64,000 nt of DNA from Okamejei kenojei (Eukaryota), in assembly GCA_035221665.1 (NCBI GenBank), contig CM069136.1, positions 53,506,001-53,570,000 on the forward strand, written 5' to 3'. Below are positions 52,823-64,000 of this stretch, one piece after another. The position numbers and the translations under genes were made by a program. Under the pieces are notes generated by a model. It made no database searches and was not told where the DNA came from. It saw only the letters and a program-made list of their open reading frames with translations. Position 1 is the stretch's first letter, and each line of letters begins with the position of its first letter.

Positions 52823-53164
52823 TGTCAATTAGCATGTTATTAATGGTTTATATTATATGCTCTCCTAGTGGTGCCAGATGCTGCAGGACTGAATTACCCA
52901 TCAATTTCTCATATTGGATAATCTTATTGATGAAGGCCTTTGTTGCAATGGACATCTTGGATTAAGCTGCTTTATACTTACAGGGAAACTACGTAGTTAA
53001 TTTTCTCCAAGGTAACGGAGGCTGATAGGGTCAGCAAATTTTGTGAAGGAACCAGCTAGAGGTTGTGCAGATCGGTGAATTGAAAGATTATATGCTAACA
53101 TGTTTTTAAACTTGAACTGTTACCTTGGCCCTGTGATAACTTTTTATACTTTGAGTTAAATGAT

Positions 53165-53415
53165 TCAGGTTGAAAGTCCCTTTTTACAGTTTGAGCATAT
53201 AATCTCGCTGTCAGTGTGGGGGTAACTGGGAGAACACTGGGTTTTATTTTCCATGCTTTGTTTTAAAAATTATGTGCTCAAAAAAAAAACGCTCTATTTT
53301 TCCAGCTCAGGCAGATATAAGAGAGACTGTTTGATCAGGGTGAAGATGTCTTATGGTGTCTGAGTCAATATTAATCACACAATCAGGGCTGCCAAAATAA
53401 GTTATCCAGCTGCAC
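53165..53415 (+). mobile_element. Highly degenerate DeuSINE (SacSINE1/AmnSINE1-like) remnant
   Basis: Colinear remnants ttgagcatataatct.gctg, ctcaggcagatataa, ggtgtc...caatatt.atc.c.caa, aaaa...ttatc resemble the recalled Deu-domain consensus. Confidence 0.4.
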
Positions 53416-53789
53416 CTCAAGAACAACACAAGGATACGAGCTGCTGCTGCAAAAACTGTCACCATAACATCTTGTTAGATTTCCACTCCTCCAGTGTGAT
53501 CAGAGAGGAGGGTGCCACAGTGACCTTGGAATTGCTGAGGTCATGTACATTGCAAATCAAATGTCCACATAGGGATGTCCTTTAGGCCTTTCCACGTGTT
53601 TGTTATTCAAGGGTTCTATTTTATTTACAACATTGTTTTAAATTTCATATATGGGAAGAGGATAGCCATATTTCATTTTAGCAGATGTCACTCAAACTGT
53701 GTCAGAATTAATTTCAAATCCACATGCTCGATTCAAAGGTGAAACATTTATGCAAATAATTTATTTAAGATTTATTTAATTTTTTTTTT

Positions 53790-54600
53790 CATAATAGGAG
53801 CAGAATTAGGCCATTCGGCCCATCAAGTCTGCTCCACCGTTCGATCATGGCTGAGGTTATTTTTCCCTCTCAACCCCATTCTCCTGCCTTCTCCCTGTGA
53901 CCCCATCTTGATCAAGAACATTTCAAACTCTGTTTTAAAAATACACAAATTACTCTCCACAGCCATCTGTGGCAATTAATTCCATTGATTCCCCACCCTC
54001 TGGCAAAATGAATCCTCGGCTCTATTCTAAAGGTGCATCTTTTTATTCTGAGGCAATGTCCTCCGGTTGTTGATTCTCCTGCTACTTCCCAAGGTGCCAC
54101 GGCCGCAGTGCGCATCCTGAAGACCCGAAGGCTCATCGGACCGCGGAATCTGGCCAAAGGCTCCTCGGACTGCAGTACTGGGAGGGGGCCACTGGAGACA
54201 TCGGTCACAAGGACTAGTTCAGCAGAAGGGTAAACAAGGGTAATGCCTCCAGCACCATTAAGGTCGGTGGCACGAGGCACCCCCGGGACGTCAACGATGA
54301 ACGGGCGAGGAGAGTGACATTGGTTTGTGGTCCGATCTGGTCGAAGACAATGGGGCAAGGCCCTGCAGGAGCCTAGGGGTTACCAAGGTCGGGAACTACT
54401 CCTATAGATCAAGTGTGCGGGCGATTTTTCGACTGTGGAAATTGTCCCAAAATATGGTTGATCCGGCATATGTAATCGATGCCAAACGAATTTCGCTGTG
54501 TAGTTGCATATGTGACAAATGAAGCACCATTGAACTGGAAACATCCTCTCCACATCCACACTCGGCAGGGTTTTGACAGGTTTATGCATTGTATCTGTTT
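53790..54600 (-). mobile_element. CR1 3' fragment split by a ~450-bp GC-rich insert (54087-54534, +) with Rex-like tail
   Basis: CR1 gattctcctgctact | ... | actggaaacatcctctccacatcc; the insert ends gaatttcgctgtg...atgtgacaaatgaagcaccattga. Confidence 0.7.
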
Positions 54601-56014
54601 TTAAAAACATGTTGACAGGAAAAAACTCAGACTGGTATTTGTAATCTAGTCCAAGTTGTTTAAAATCTACCTCGTGTAAGCTCGTTTACCCAGGGATATT
54701 GAGGCTAATGATAATGTCATTATCAGTTGCCAATTAAACCTGCAGCTCCTTCACCAGCCAAGTATCAAGCACACTGAGCTTTCCCCAATTGCATTGTTCA
54801 TCATCAGCTTTAGATTGAGAAACTGAATTGGCAGGAGAAAAGCACTTTCACCATTTCCACATGGAATCAATCTATGAGCAAACTGCGCAGTGCAGTTAGA
54901 TTGCAACAGGTGGAAAGCTCAACATTTATAAAGCTATTTCCTCTTCAAATCAACACCACATCAAAAGCAAACTCTGTTTTCCCTCTTCTAGGCACTGGCC
55001 GATTCATATTGCTTTGACTATAACATTTTTTTTTTAGTTACCAGAAAATAATCTGCTTTGTACCCGCTCTGGTCAGATCGCCATTTACCATTGGTGGGAG
55101 GCACAGTTCCTCATTAATTCAACATGCTTTTGCTTACTGCCAAGAACTGAAATCTCTGTGAGAGAAAGGGAAGCTATCATTGGGTGACCAGTATTTATGC
55201 ATTTCTAAATGCAGATTGATATTGTTGGATTAGCAAGGATGAATAATAATTTTGCGTCCTGTTTTCATCTCCAATTATCTTTTGCAACCAGTGGAAACTT
55301 TTTTTTCAGAAAGTTCTTACAGTGAACTTCTGACAATAGATTTACGTTGACTAGCTTTAAGCCAAAAGTGTTTAGTGCATTGTTCAGTAATCATGCGTCA
55401 TAATTCCCATTACATCTAATTTATCATGACTAATTAATCTTTCATTATATTTTTCTGCTGCTCTGTATTTTATTCTACGACCTTATTTTATATCACCTTT
55501 ATTTTTAATCCTTTGTGTGTGCATCCAATAACCCTTTGTTCCCTAAGTAATTTTTTTCCCCAATTTAGTCTTTTTATTTATCTTTGTACTTTGTATCCAT
55601 AGGCTACTGCAATGTTTGGCTAAAGCTATTTGTTTAACAAGCCTTTCTCCAGACTATTTATTCTTACTGCAGGCACTTTGCTTTAAACTGAGTTCAGATG
55701 CATCATATCCCAATGGCATATTTCTGTTTTTGTCCCAGCGTTGGTGTCAATGTCACCTGAACTTGAGCACTTCCTGCCTGCACTTCTCTTCAACCACAAT
55801 TAATTTTCCTGATCTATTTCTCCTGATGCCAATTAGCATGTGGCTCAGGTTGTCATCCGGAAACCTATTTCCCCACAGGTCCTGCTTTTTAATTTAACTC
55901 CTAGCTAAATCCCAATTAGCTGAATGTCAGTGGCAAGAAATATCCTTGCTCACAGATGTAAGCGAAAATCAACCAGGAGCTGAAATGAAGAGGTGGTCCA
56001 AAAGTGAATATGCA

Positions 56015-56226
56015 GGAAAGAACTGCAGGTGCTGGTTTACACCGAACATTGACACAAAATACTGGAGTAACTCAGCGTCTCTGGAGAAAAGGAATGTGTG
56101 AATAGGTCGAGACCCCTCCTCTGTCCCAGTATGAGGAAGGGTCTCGACTGGAAAAGGGACCTATTCTTTTTCTCCAGAGATGCTGCCTAACCCGCTGAGT
56201 TACGGCAGCATTTTGTGTATGTCTTG
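56015..56226. repeat. Free-standing Penelope-tail palindrome
   Basis: gacacaaaatactggagtaactcagcg...ggtcgagaccc / gggtctcgac...cgctgagttacggcagcattttgtgt; aaaagtgaat duplicated on both flanks. Confidence 0.7.
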
Positions 56227-56529
56227 TAAAAGTGAATGCCATAACTGAGTACCCTTTTGTATCCTATTTTGAAGAGGTAACAGAAGGGATCAATAAGGGG
56301 AGTATAATATACTTAAGGCTTTGCATAAAGTCCTGTTTAGTGATTCATGATTAAGGTTAAAGATCGTGAAGTCTAGGAATTTGTAATGGAAGTGTAATAT
56401 TTTACCTGCACAATGGGGTTTAAAGGCAACTCTGTACTCTGGCAAAAGGTAGGAAATGGAGTCCCACAATGATTGGCAACATGATCACTGTCATTTACAG
56501 TTTACATAAATTATTTTGAGTTTGGAATC

Positions 56530-56920
56530 GTATTTTTTCAGTTTATTATTGTCATGTGTACCGAGGTACAATGAAAAGCTCTTGTGTTGCATACCATCGA
56601 GTCAGCGAAAAGACTATACATGATTACAATCAAGCAGCCCTCAGTGTACAGATGCAGTATAAAGGGAATAACGTTTAGTGCAAGTCCAATAAACTCTGAT
56701 TAAAGATAGTTTGAGGGTCTCCAATGGGGTATGTGGAAATCAGGTCCGCTCTCCAGTTTGGTGATAGGATGGTTCAGTTGCTTGATTACAGCTGGGAAGA
56801 AACTGTCCCTGAATCTGGAGATATGTGTTTTCACACTTCTATACCTCTTGCCTGATGTGAGAGGGGAGAAGAGGGAGTAACCGGGGTGAGACTCATCCTT
56901 GATTATTCTGGTGGCCAATT
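56530..56920 (-). mobile_element. Rex1/Babar 3' fragment
   Basis: IIKDESHPGYSLFSPLTSGKRYRSVKTHISRFRDSFFPAVIKQLN. Confidence 0.8.
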
Positions 56921-57362
56921 TGAAAGTGTTCAAGTACTGAATTGGTGCCTGTAGACGGGTCAGTCCAGGCTTGGGCCTACAACCCAGAGGTTCAAATTCA
57001 AATCTAATCAAAGCTGAGGAGGAAATTTATGTTCTATTTATAATATGGATTTGGAACAACTGCTAGCTTAAGTAATGATGGCCACAACAAACTGCAAGTT
57101 TTTCAGAAAAAAATCGAGTTAGTTCACTCCAGTCCTTCAGGTGAGGAAATTAACTATCCCTGACCAGACTTCTACATAAATGGCCTCCTCATAAATCTCT
57201 CAGTTCTACCAGCACTACCATCCATTTGATCAGAGGAATAAATTGGATGGACCCTCTCATGTCAACCTTTGCAACCTATGCTCCCAACCCAATCAATTTG
57301 CAGTCCTCATCTCTAACATCTCCGGATTAGTGCTTGCGTTGGGAGGGTTGATCCACAATCAT

Positions 57363-57652
57363 TGGTGCGGCACAGTGGTGCAGGGGTAGAGTTGTTGCCT
57401 TACAGCGCCTGAGACCCAGGTTTCATCCTGAATATGGGTGCTGTCTGTGCAGAGTTTGCACGTTCTCCCTGTGACCATGTGGATTTTCTCCACGTGCTCT
57501 GGTTTCCCCACATTCCAAATGCTGGTATGTAGGTTAATTGGCTTCGGTAAATTGCCCCCTAGCGTGTGCAATAGAACTAGTGATCCCTGGTTGGCATGGA
57601 CTTGATGGCCAAAGGGCCTGTTTCCACATTGTATCTCTAAACTAAACTAAAA
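57363..57652 (+). mobile_element. HE1-like SINE
   Basis: gcggcacagtggtgcag head; ctctaaactaaactaaa tail. Confidence 0.85.
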
Positions 57653-57694
57653 CCCTATCAAGTTGAACAATAATTATCCTCACCGAATCACTTA

Positions 57695-58120
57695 TGGGCC
57701 TTTCCCATTTAGACGACTTTTGAGGCAACTACAGGAGATTATGCGGTCGGCACGTAGTCACCGCATGTTCGCGGGTCGTTGCTGGGAAGTCGCCTTTATG
57801 GTCATGAGGAGTTCCCGCATTCTCAGAACTAGTTGTATGTTGGAAAATTAGCGGCGACCAAAATGAAGTCGCCATGGAGAGTAAGGAGAATTCTCATGCC
57901 GTAGTGGGTGGTAGTGGGTCTCCAGGAGGTCGTAGGTGCTGACCGGTGAATTTCATTGGCTCATTAGGGGGAAAAAAACATGAAGAGTTGTTTTCAGAAC
58001 CAAGGATAACCGACTGGTAATGTTAAATGTCCGCCGAGCTTCACAGCCGTGTATCTTTGGCTTCTTAAAAGTTGTCTCCACTTCTACTCCCCACCCCATC
58101 TCCCCCTTCTCCCCTCTTCT
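57695..58120 (+). mobile_element. Truncated Harbinger-type MITE (third family)
   Basis: tta|tgggcctttcccatttagacgac left end resembles the gggcctgtcccactt TIR; gtcg-rich body; no right TIR seen. Confidence 0.45.
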
Positions 58121-58121
58121 C

Positions 58122-58870
58122 AAAGTCAAAAAAGTCCAAAGAGTTTATTGTCATGTGTCCCTGATAGGACAATGAAATTCTTTCTTTGCTTAGCACAACA
58201 GAACATAGTAGGCATTGACTACAAAACAGATCACATGTGTCCATATACCATTATATACGTAAATACACACATGAATGAATAAATGGATAAAGTGCAAATA
58301 ACAGATAAAGGGGTATTAATGTTCAGAGTTTTGTTCGAGCCAAGTTTAATAGCCTGATGACTGTGGGGAAGTAGCTATTCCTGAACATGGGAGTTTCAGT
58401 CCTCAGGCTCCTGTACCTTCTACCCGAAGGTAGCAGGGAGATGAGTGTGTGGCCAGGATGGTGTGGGTCCTTGATGATGCTGCCAGCCTTTTTGAGGCAG
58501 CGACTGTGATAGATCCCCTCGATGGAAGGAAGGTCAGACCCGATGATGGACTGGGCAGTGTTTACTACTTTTTGTAGTCTTTTCCTCTCCAGGGCGCTCA
58601 AGTTGCCGAACCAAGCCACAATGCAACCAGTCAGCAAGCTCTCTACTATGCACCTGTAGAAGTTAGAGAGAGTCCTCCTTGACAGACCAACTCTCCGTAA
58701 TCTTCTCAGGAAGTAGAGGTGCTGATGAGCTTTCTTAATAATTGCATCTGTGTTCTCAGACCAGGAAAGATCTTCAGAGATGTGCACGCCCAGGAATTTG
58801 AAGCTCTTGACCCTTTCAACCATCCTGTTTATCCCGTTGATATAAACAGGACTGTGGATATAAAACAGGA
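58122..58870 (-). mobile_element. Rex1/Babar 3' fragment, relatively young
   Basis: ORF 58323-58823 intact (FKFLGVHISEDLSW...LLPSGRRYRS); ~90% similar by eye to 43850-44535. Confidence 0.92.
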
Positions 58871-59084
58871 CTCCTTCCTCTTTTAAAGGAAGTGACCCTT
58901 CCCGTATGCTGTGCTTTCACCGTCTTAATTACAGCGCCAACCTTCGTGTTCATCGTGGCGTGTGTCTGTATCACATTTGCTTTGCACCATGTGAATTTCA
59001 TTCAGACAGCACTTGTCCTGCTTGCCCTGTTCCAGGCCTGCATAACTAGCTGGTGAAGGAAGCGATGTGTGTGTGTGTTCGACC

Positions 59085-59341
59085 CATTGTCCACGCCCAC
59101 TTTCAATCACCTGTTCACATTAGTCATACGTTCTCACCCACTGCCTATACACTGGGACAATTTTATGGCGGCAAATTACAAACTCGCACATCTTTGGGGT
59201 GGGGGAGGAAACCAGAGCACCCGGAGGAAAGCCATGCGGCCACAGGGAGAATGTGCAAACTCCACACAGAGTACCCGAGATCAGGATCAAACCCTGGCAC
59301 TCTGAGATAGCATCTCTACCAGCTGCAACACTGTGCCGCCA
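59085..59341 (-). mobile_element. HE1-like SINE
   Basis: ggaggaaaccagagcacccggaggaaa...tgcaaactccacacaga...ctgtgccgcc. Confidence 0.75.
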
Positions 59342-59414
59342 AATTCGCCACTGTACCGCTGTACCTTCATTACTTAATGTCTGATAAATAATATCAATCT
59401 CAGCTCAAGTGCAG

Positions 59415-60824
59415 CAGTGGATATATATATACCATGAGTAATTACTCAGGGTAGGCTGTCAGTCGGCTTTAAAAAAAAATTTAAACCGCGCATGCGCAGA
59501 TTGTTCTCTCCATTAAAATAAAAAATAAAAACAGTAACAATTCAATTTGCCCAAGGCTTCCTAGTCTCCTTTATTCTGAATTACTGAATGGGTGGGGGGT
59601 GAAGGGTGATGGCAGGTGCAGAGATGGTGGGAAAAACGGGAGCACATGGAAAAGTTGAATCAGTTGTCATCTAATTGAATGACAACACTTGTTCAAGGGA
59701 CCAATTGGGGGGAGAGTTCCTTTCACAGTGTGTGGAGAGTCTGTGCCAGGGGTAAAGTTGCGGAGAGAGCAGGAGTGTTCAGAACGAGGGGGTCGGGTAA
59801 CTCACTCACCGCTGCTGCAGCTCTCCCGTTGCGAAGCCACCGCATTGTAGACGGGGATAGAAGCAGCTCGGGGAGCTGCGAGCGGCCGCCGGGACCCGAC
59901 AGCAGAACTGGCCGCCACTTCAGTGCCTTCTGCCGGACCACTCACCTCTGGCAGTGCTTTCCATCTGAACACCTCTCACCTGCCGCTCGCTCATGTCAGC
60001 CGTTTCCTGCAAATCCTTAAATTCCCGCAGCCGAATAACCTCAATCGTGCTGTCGGAATTTAAGGATTTGCGAGAAGCTGACATGAGTGAGGCCAGCTTG
60101 CAGCAGGAGAGAGGTTTTTAGACAGAGAGCTGCCAGAGGTGAGCGGGGGCCGGCAGAAGGCACTGAGGTGGCGGCCGGTTCCACTGTCCTTTCCGGCGGC
60201 CGCTCGCAGCCACCCGAGCTGCTTCTCCCCCCCCCCCCCCACCGGCCACAATGTGGTGGCTCTGTGCAAGGAGCATCACAAGTGGGTTACTGGCATGATT
60301 CCCTCCTTCACAATGCTCCTACCCTCCCCGCAACTTTACCCCGGGCCAGACTCCCCAAACACTGTGAAAGCAGCTCTCCCCCCACCCCCACACCCCGGGA
60401 AATACGGTATTTAAAAACATCACCAAGAAATGTACTTACCACATCATTGGTACACGAGCTCCATTCTTCTCTCTCTGTTTCCTAAGATACACTTAAAATA
60501 ATGCCAATCCATATTTGAAAACCCCGCCAAGAAACTCGTACTGCGCATGCACGGTAGGCCGCTGCGCCTGCGCCTGCTGCAAAGGCAGAATTTCAGCTGC
60601 CTTCAGCCCCGCTTGAAATTGTCGGCTTCCAGCAGCACTGACAGCACGTGGGCTGCACAGGCCTTCAAGGGTTACAAGCGCTGCGTATGAAAGACACGGA
60701 GAATTATGCATACCTAAGAGATTGATCTCTTAGATAGGCATAATTCTCCCATGCCTTAACTATTTATATTTTGTAATTACCATGTTATAATTTTAGTCAG
60801 GGTAGGCAGTGCCTATCTTGCCTA
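59415..60824. mobile_element. Putative non-autonomous DNA transposon containing a ~680-bp foldback; right end lost in the gap
   Basis: Starts cagtgg; tcagggtaggc repeated at 59445 and 60797; inverted arms 59707-60034 / 60045-60383. Confidence 0.45.
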
Positions 60825-61004
60825 NNNNNNNNNNNNNNNNNNNNNNNNNNNNNNNNNNNNNNNNNNNNNNNNNNNNNNNNNNNNNNNNNNNNNNNNNNNN
60901 NNNNNNNNNNNNNNNNNNNNNNNNNNNNNNNNNNNNNNNNNNNNNNNNNNNNNNNNNNNNNNNNNNNNNNNNNNNNNNNNNNNNNNNNNNNNNNNNNNNN
61001 NNNN
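60825..61004. other. Assembly gap (180 N)
   Basis: Run of n. Confidence 1.
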
Positions 61005-62571
61005 AAATTAAAATACTGTCATTGAACATGCACTTATCAAAAATGGAAAAGTTCCATAAATATGGGTTTGTAAAAATTACCCATTCACAGGCTTGAGATT
61101 CATAACACTACCTTGTACTTAATGGCAATGATTTCCTTCTTTAATAGACAGACATTCCAACCAATTAATCTCATCTATGTGACAGCCAGCTCCACTCATT
61201 TAAGGTCAAGAATTGTATCACTCACACTTGATGCCTTTCAAGGATGATTTAAGAGAATTGTACCATGCTCATTCTCTCTCTGAACTGTATTTATCAAATC
61301 GAACCATTCATAAATATTCATTATTTTGAAATACAGATCTTAAATGAAGGGAAATGTGACTGCATGTTAATGTGATTGACTGATGTTGTAAATCTATTTA
61401 AAGTATCACCGGCCTAAAACAACACCGATTATCACTGTAAATGTATCCTCTGGGTATGTTTGCCATGATACTGCATCTGGTAAGTTGGGGGATACATAGT
61501 CTGATTGGGATCTACGTTGAAACAGAGAATAACATTTGATATATAGAGCCATGAAATCCTTCAGCCAAGAAAGAAATAATTTAGCCCATCATGTCTCTGC
61601 CAAGATTAATTCAAAATTAATTGCATTGCCTTTAGCACATCCTATTATTCTTTCCATCCTTGTTTGTTTAAATTACATGCATCCAGTTTTCCCTTTCATT
61701 TCACTTTAGTTTATGGTCACATGTACTGAGGTACAGTGAAAAGCTTTTGCTATGTGCTATCCAGTCCTACCTTGAAGATGAAATACCATTTGTATGAGTC
61801 ATTACTGGCACATGGTGTCAATGGCCCAGATATCGCTCGGTTAATACATCTATTCCAACTTACCAGAAAGATCATTTAAACTTCATCTTTCCTGATCTGT
61901 GACTCCCTAACTAGAACAAATGATCTTTTCAACTTGTACACACTGAACTGTTTTTCTCCCGTTATGTATTATGTTTACATATTCTGTTGTGCTGCAGCAA
62001 GCAAGAATTTCATTGTCCTATCTGGGACATTTGACAATAAAACACTCTTGACTCTTGATTATTAATACTTTCAGGGCATTTTCTCATATAACCACAACAA
62101 GCAGTGTGTTAAAGGGAATATATTATAGGACTCAAAGCAAATTATCTGTTTTTCAAAAAAAACAAAGTAAAAAAAATGAAAATTAAAAGGAGAAAACAGA
62201 AACAACATCAACCTCTCCCAAAACCAACATAATAATACCAGAAAATTTGATTCCCATTACCTTAAAGGTTATATGGTCAGAATATGTTGATTATAAAGCT
62301 ATCAAAATTACAGTTGCTCCTCGTGTCAATGAGTGGGTAACCAAGTGGAAGGTGTCCTTTATAGTTTCTCTATCAACATCCGCTTTCATCATTCCAATAA
62401 TTATAAGCTACAATTTTGGATGATTTTTGTCTATCCTGACGTACTGGCCATTGATTGAGAAATGAAATATAACCTATAAGATTATAAATTTTAGATAATA
62501 TTCTTCTGTTCAAATAAATTGTCTGATATTGTTGTTTCATTCAGTACTTTGATAGTTGTGCAGAGGAGTGG

Positions 62572-62865
62572 GTGGGACGGTGGCGCAGCAGTAGATTTCC
62601 AGCCTTATAGCGCCAAAGACCCGGGTTCAATCCTGACTACGGGGGCTGTTTCTACGGAGTTTCTATGTTCTCCTCGTAACCGCACAGCTTCCCTCCAGGT
62701 GCTCCAGTTTCCACCCACATTCCAAAGGCATAATTGGCTTTGGTAAAATATTGTAAATTGTGCCTAGTGTGTAGGATAGTGCTAGTGTACGGGGTGATCG
62801 CTGGTTGGCACGGACTCAATGGGCTGAAGGGCCTGTTTTGGCCCGGTTCTCTAAACTAAACTAAA
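62572..62865 (+). mobile_element. HE1-like SINE
   Basis: acggtggcgcagcagtag...gacccgggttcaatcctgactacggg; ctctaaactaaactaaa. Confidence 0.88.
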
Positions 62866-63879
62866 GTTGACACAAATGCTCAGTGAATGAGGCACCTTGC
62901 AATAAAATGAACAATAAAATCAATTTTCGATACAAAAGGAGGCAGCATGTTTGAAAAAGGCACTCACATCAGCAACAGAAAACCTTAGTCGAAAAATGAG
63001 ATTAAAAAGTTCTGTTTACTCAACTGTGATAAATCTTAGCACCAATGAACTCTGAAATGGTGGGATTATTGGTAGCCTTTATTAGATTTCTTACTTTCTT
63101 CCCCAGTGATTGCATTCTGCAAAAGTTATTTAGTGCATGTTCTAACGGGGCGTTTCTGCTTACATACCTTCTGATGAACATTGCTACATCAATAAACTAA
63201 CTCGCAGTCTGTTGTGGATTGCTACTGGAGATATAGATTTATCTTTTTCAAGAGTTCAATTAATTTCCAGCAGGAATGTAGCCTGAGAAGGTCCTGTAGA
63301 GTAAGCTGAAGCTTGGTTCTGCTGCGCTTTGTTTGAAACCTGCTTGTTCACAGCTGACGCTTGTATCATTGCAAACACAAGGTTAAAAATCTCAAACTGA
63401 CAAACTTTTGTTTTTTCCGGCGATCTGCTGGTTGCAGATCTTTAATGGGATGGGATTGACAAAGCAATTAAGTACCTGCCCTAGAGCTGTAAACTTATTG
63501 AGTTCTGTCGACTTTACCCTAATTTTAAGAGGAGCCGATGTGAGGCATTTCCTTGTCATGCAGACGACTTTTTGATGAGCTCAAATCCCACTGAAGCGGA
63601 AAAATTTCACTCTCAAATCCAAGTGAAGACCTAATGTTAAACAGCTCCAAATACTTATGGCCATTCACTGGACCTTCAACCATTATTGAAATAAAAATAG
63701 ATATGGCATCAGAAGGTCACAGCAAGTCTAATCTTATCTTCTTGCAACGCCAATACCATGCCTATCTTTAGAAGGCACACTTAGGCACGTTTATTTACTT
63801 TTCTTTATTTCATATGTTTATGGTTAATTAATGATTAAAATTGCCATGTGTTTTCAAATAATTCATCATTTTAATGTAG

Positions 63880-64000
63880 ATGCGAGGAATTTATTTAGCC
63901 AGAGGGTGGTGGATCTGTGGAATTCATTACCATAGATGGCTCTGGTAATAATTTTTAAAGATTTATAGGTTCTTGATTTGAAAGGACATCAAGAGTTATG
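63880..64000 (+). mobile_element. CR1 3' fragment running off the window
   Basis: tttagccagagggtggtggatctgtggaattcattacc = FSQRVVDLWNSLP. Confidence 0.75.

Noticed and set aside
60793-61096. ORFs spanning the N run
   Set aside because: Artefacts of the assembly gap
63160-63300. Minus-strand donor (ag|gtatgt) with upstream exon
   Set aside because: All frames hit stops within a short distance; no recognisable peptide

Overview
Repeat-dense, AT-rich vertebrate genomic DNA. It is inferred to be cartilaginous fish (skate/ray-like) from abundant HE1-like tRNA SINEs, CR1 3' tails and Penelope tails. No multi-exon host gene can be built; the window looks like a large intron or intergenic region. 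Major elements: a near-complete degenerate DIRS tyrosine-recombinase retrotransposon (~9.5-14.2 kb); a 5'-truncated L1 (20.8-24.1 kb, +); a full-length L1 with an 18-bp TSD (34.5-41.1 kb, -); a Tc1 transposon; Rex1/Babar LINEs; a PIF/Harbinger element with related MITEs; Penelope GIY-YIG fragments with minimal hammerhead-like motifs; many CR1 and SINE copies; and a 180-bp N gap. Most notable: (i) a ~535-bp internally deleted HERO-like element with 49-bp terminal redundancy; (ii) a Harbinger-type MITE family carrying a palindromic double hammerhead-like Penelope cassette; (iii) a candidate 15-nt microexon whose upstream intron was hit by the full-length L1; (iv) a SAP-domain ORF fragment resembling invertebrate DNA-transposon accessory proteins; (v) a ~680-bp foldback. 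Repeat boundaries are approximate unless TSDs or TIRs are cited. Family names come from motif recognition, not database searches.
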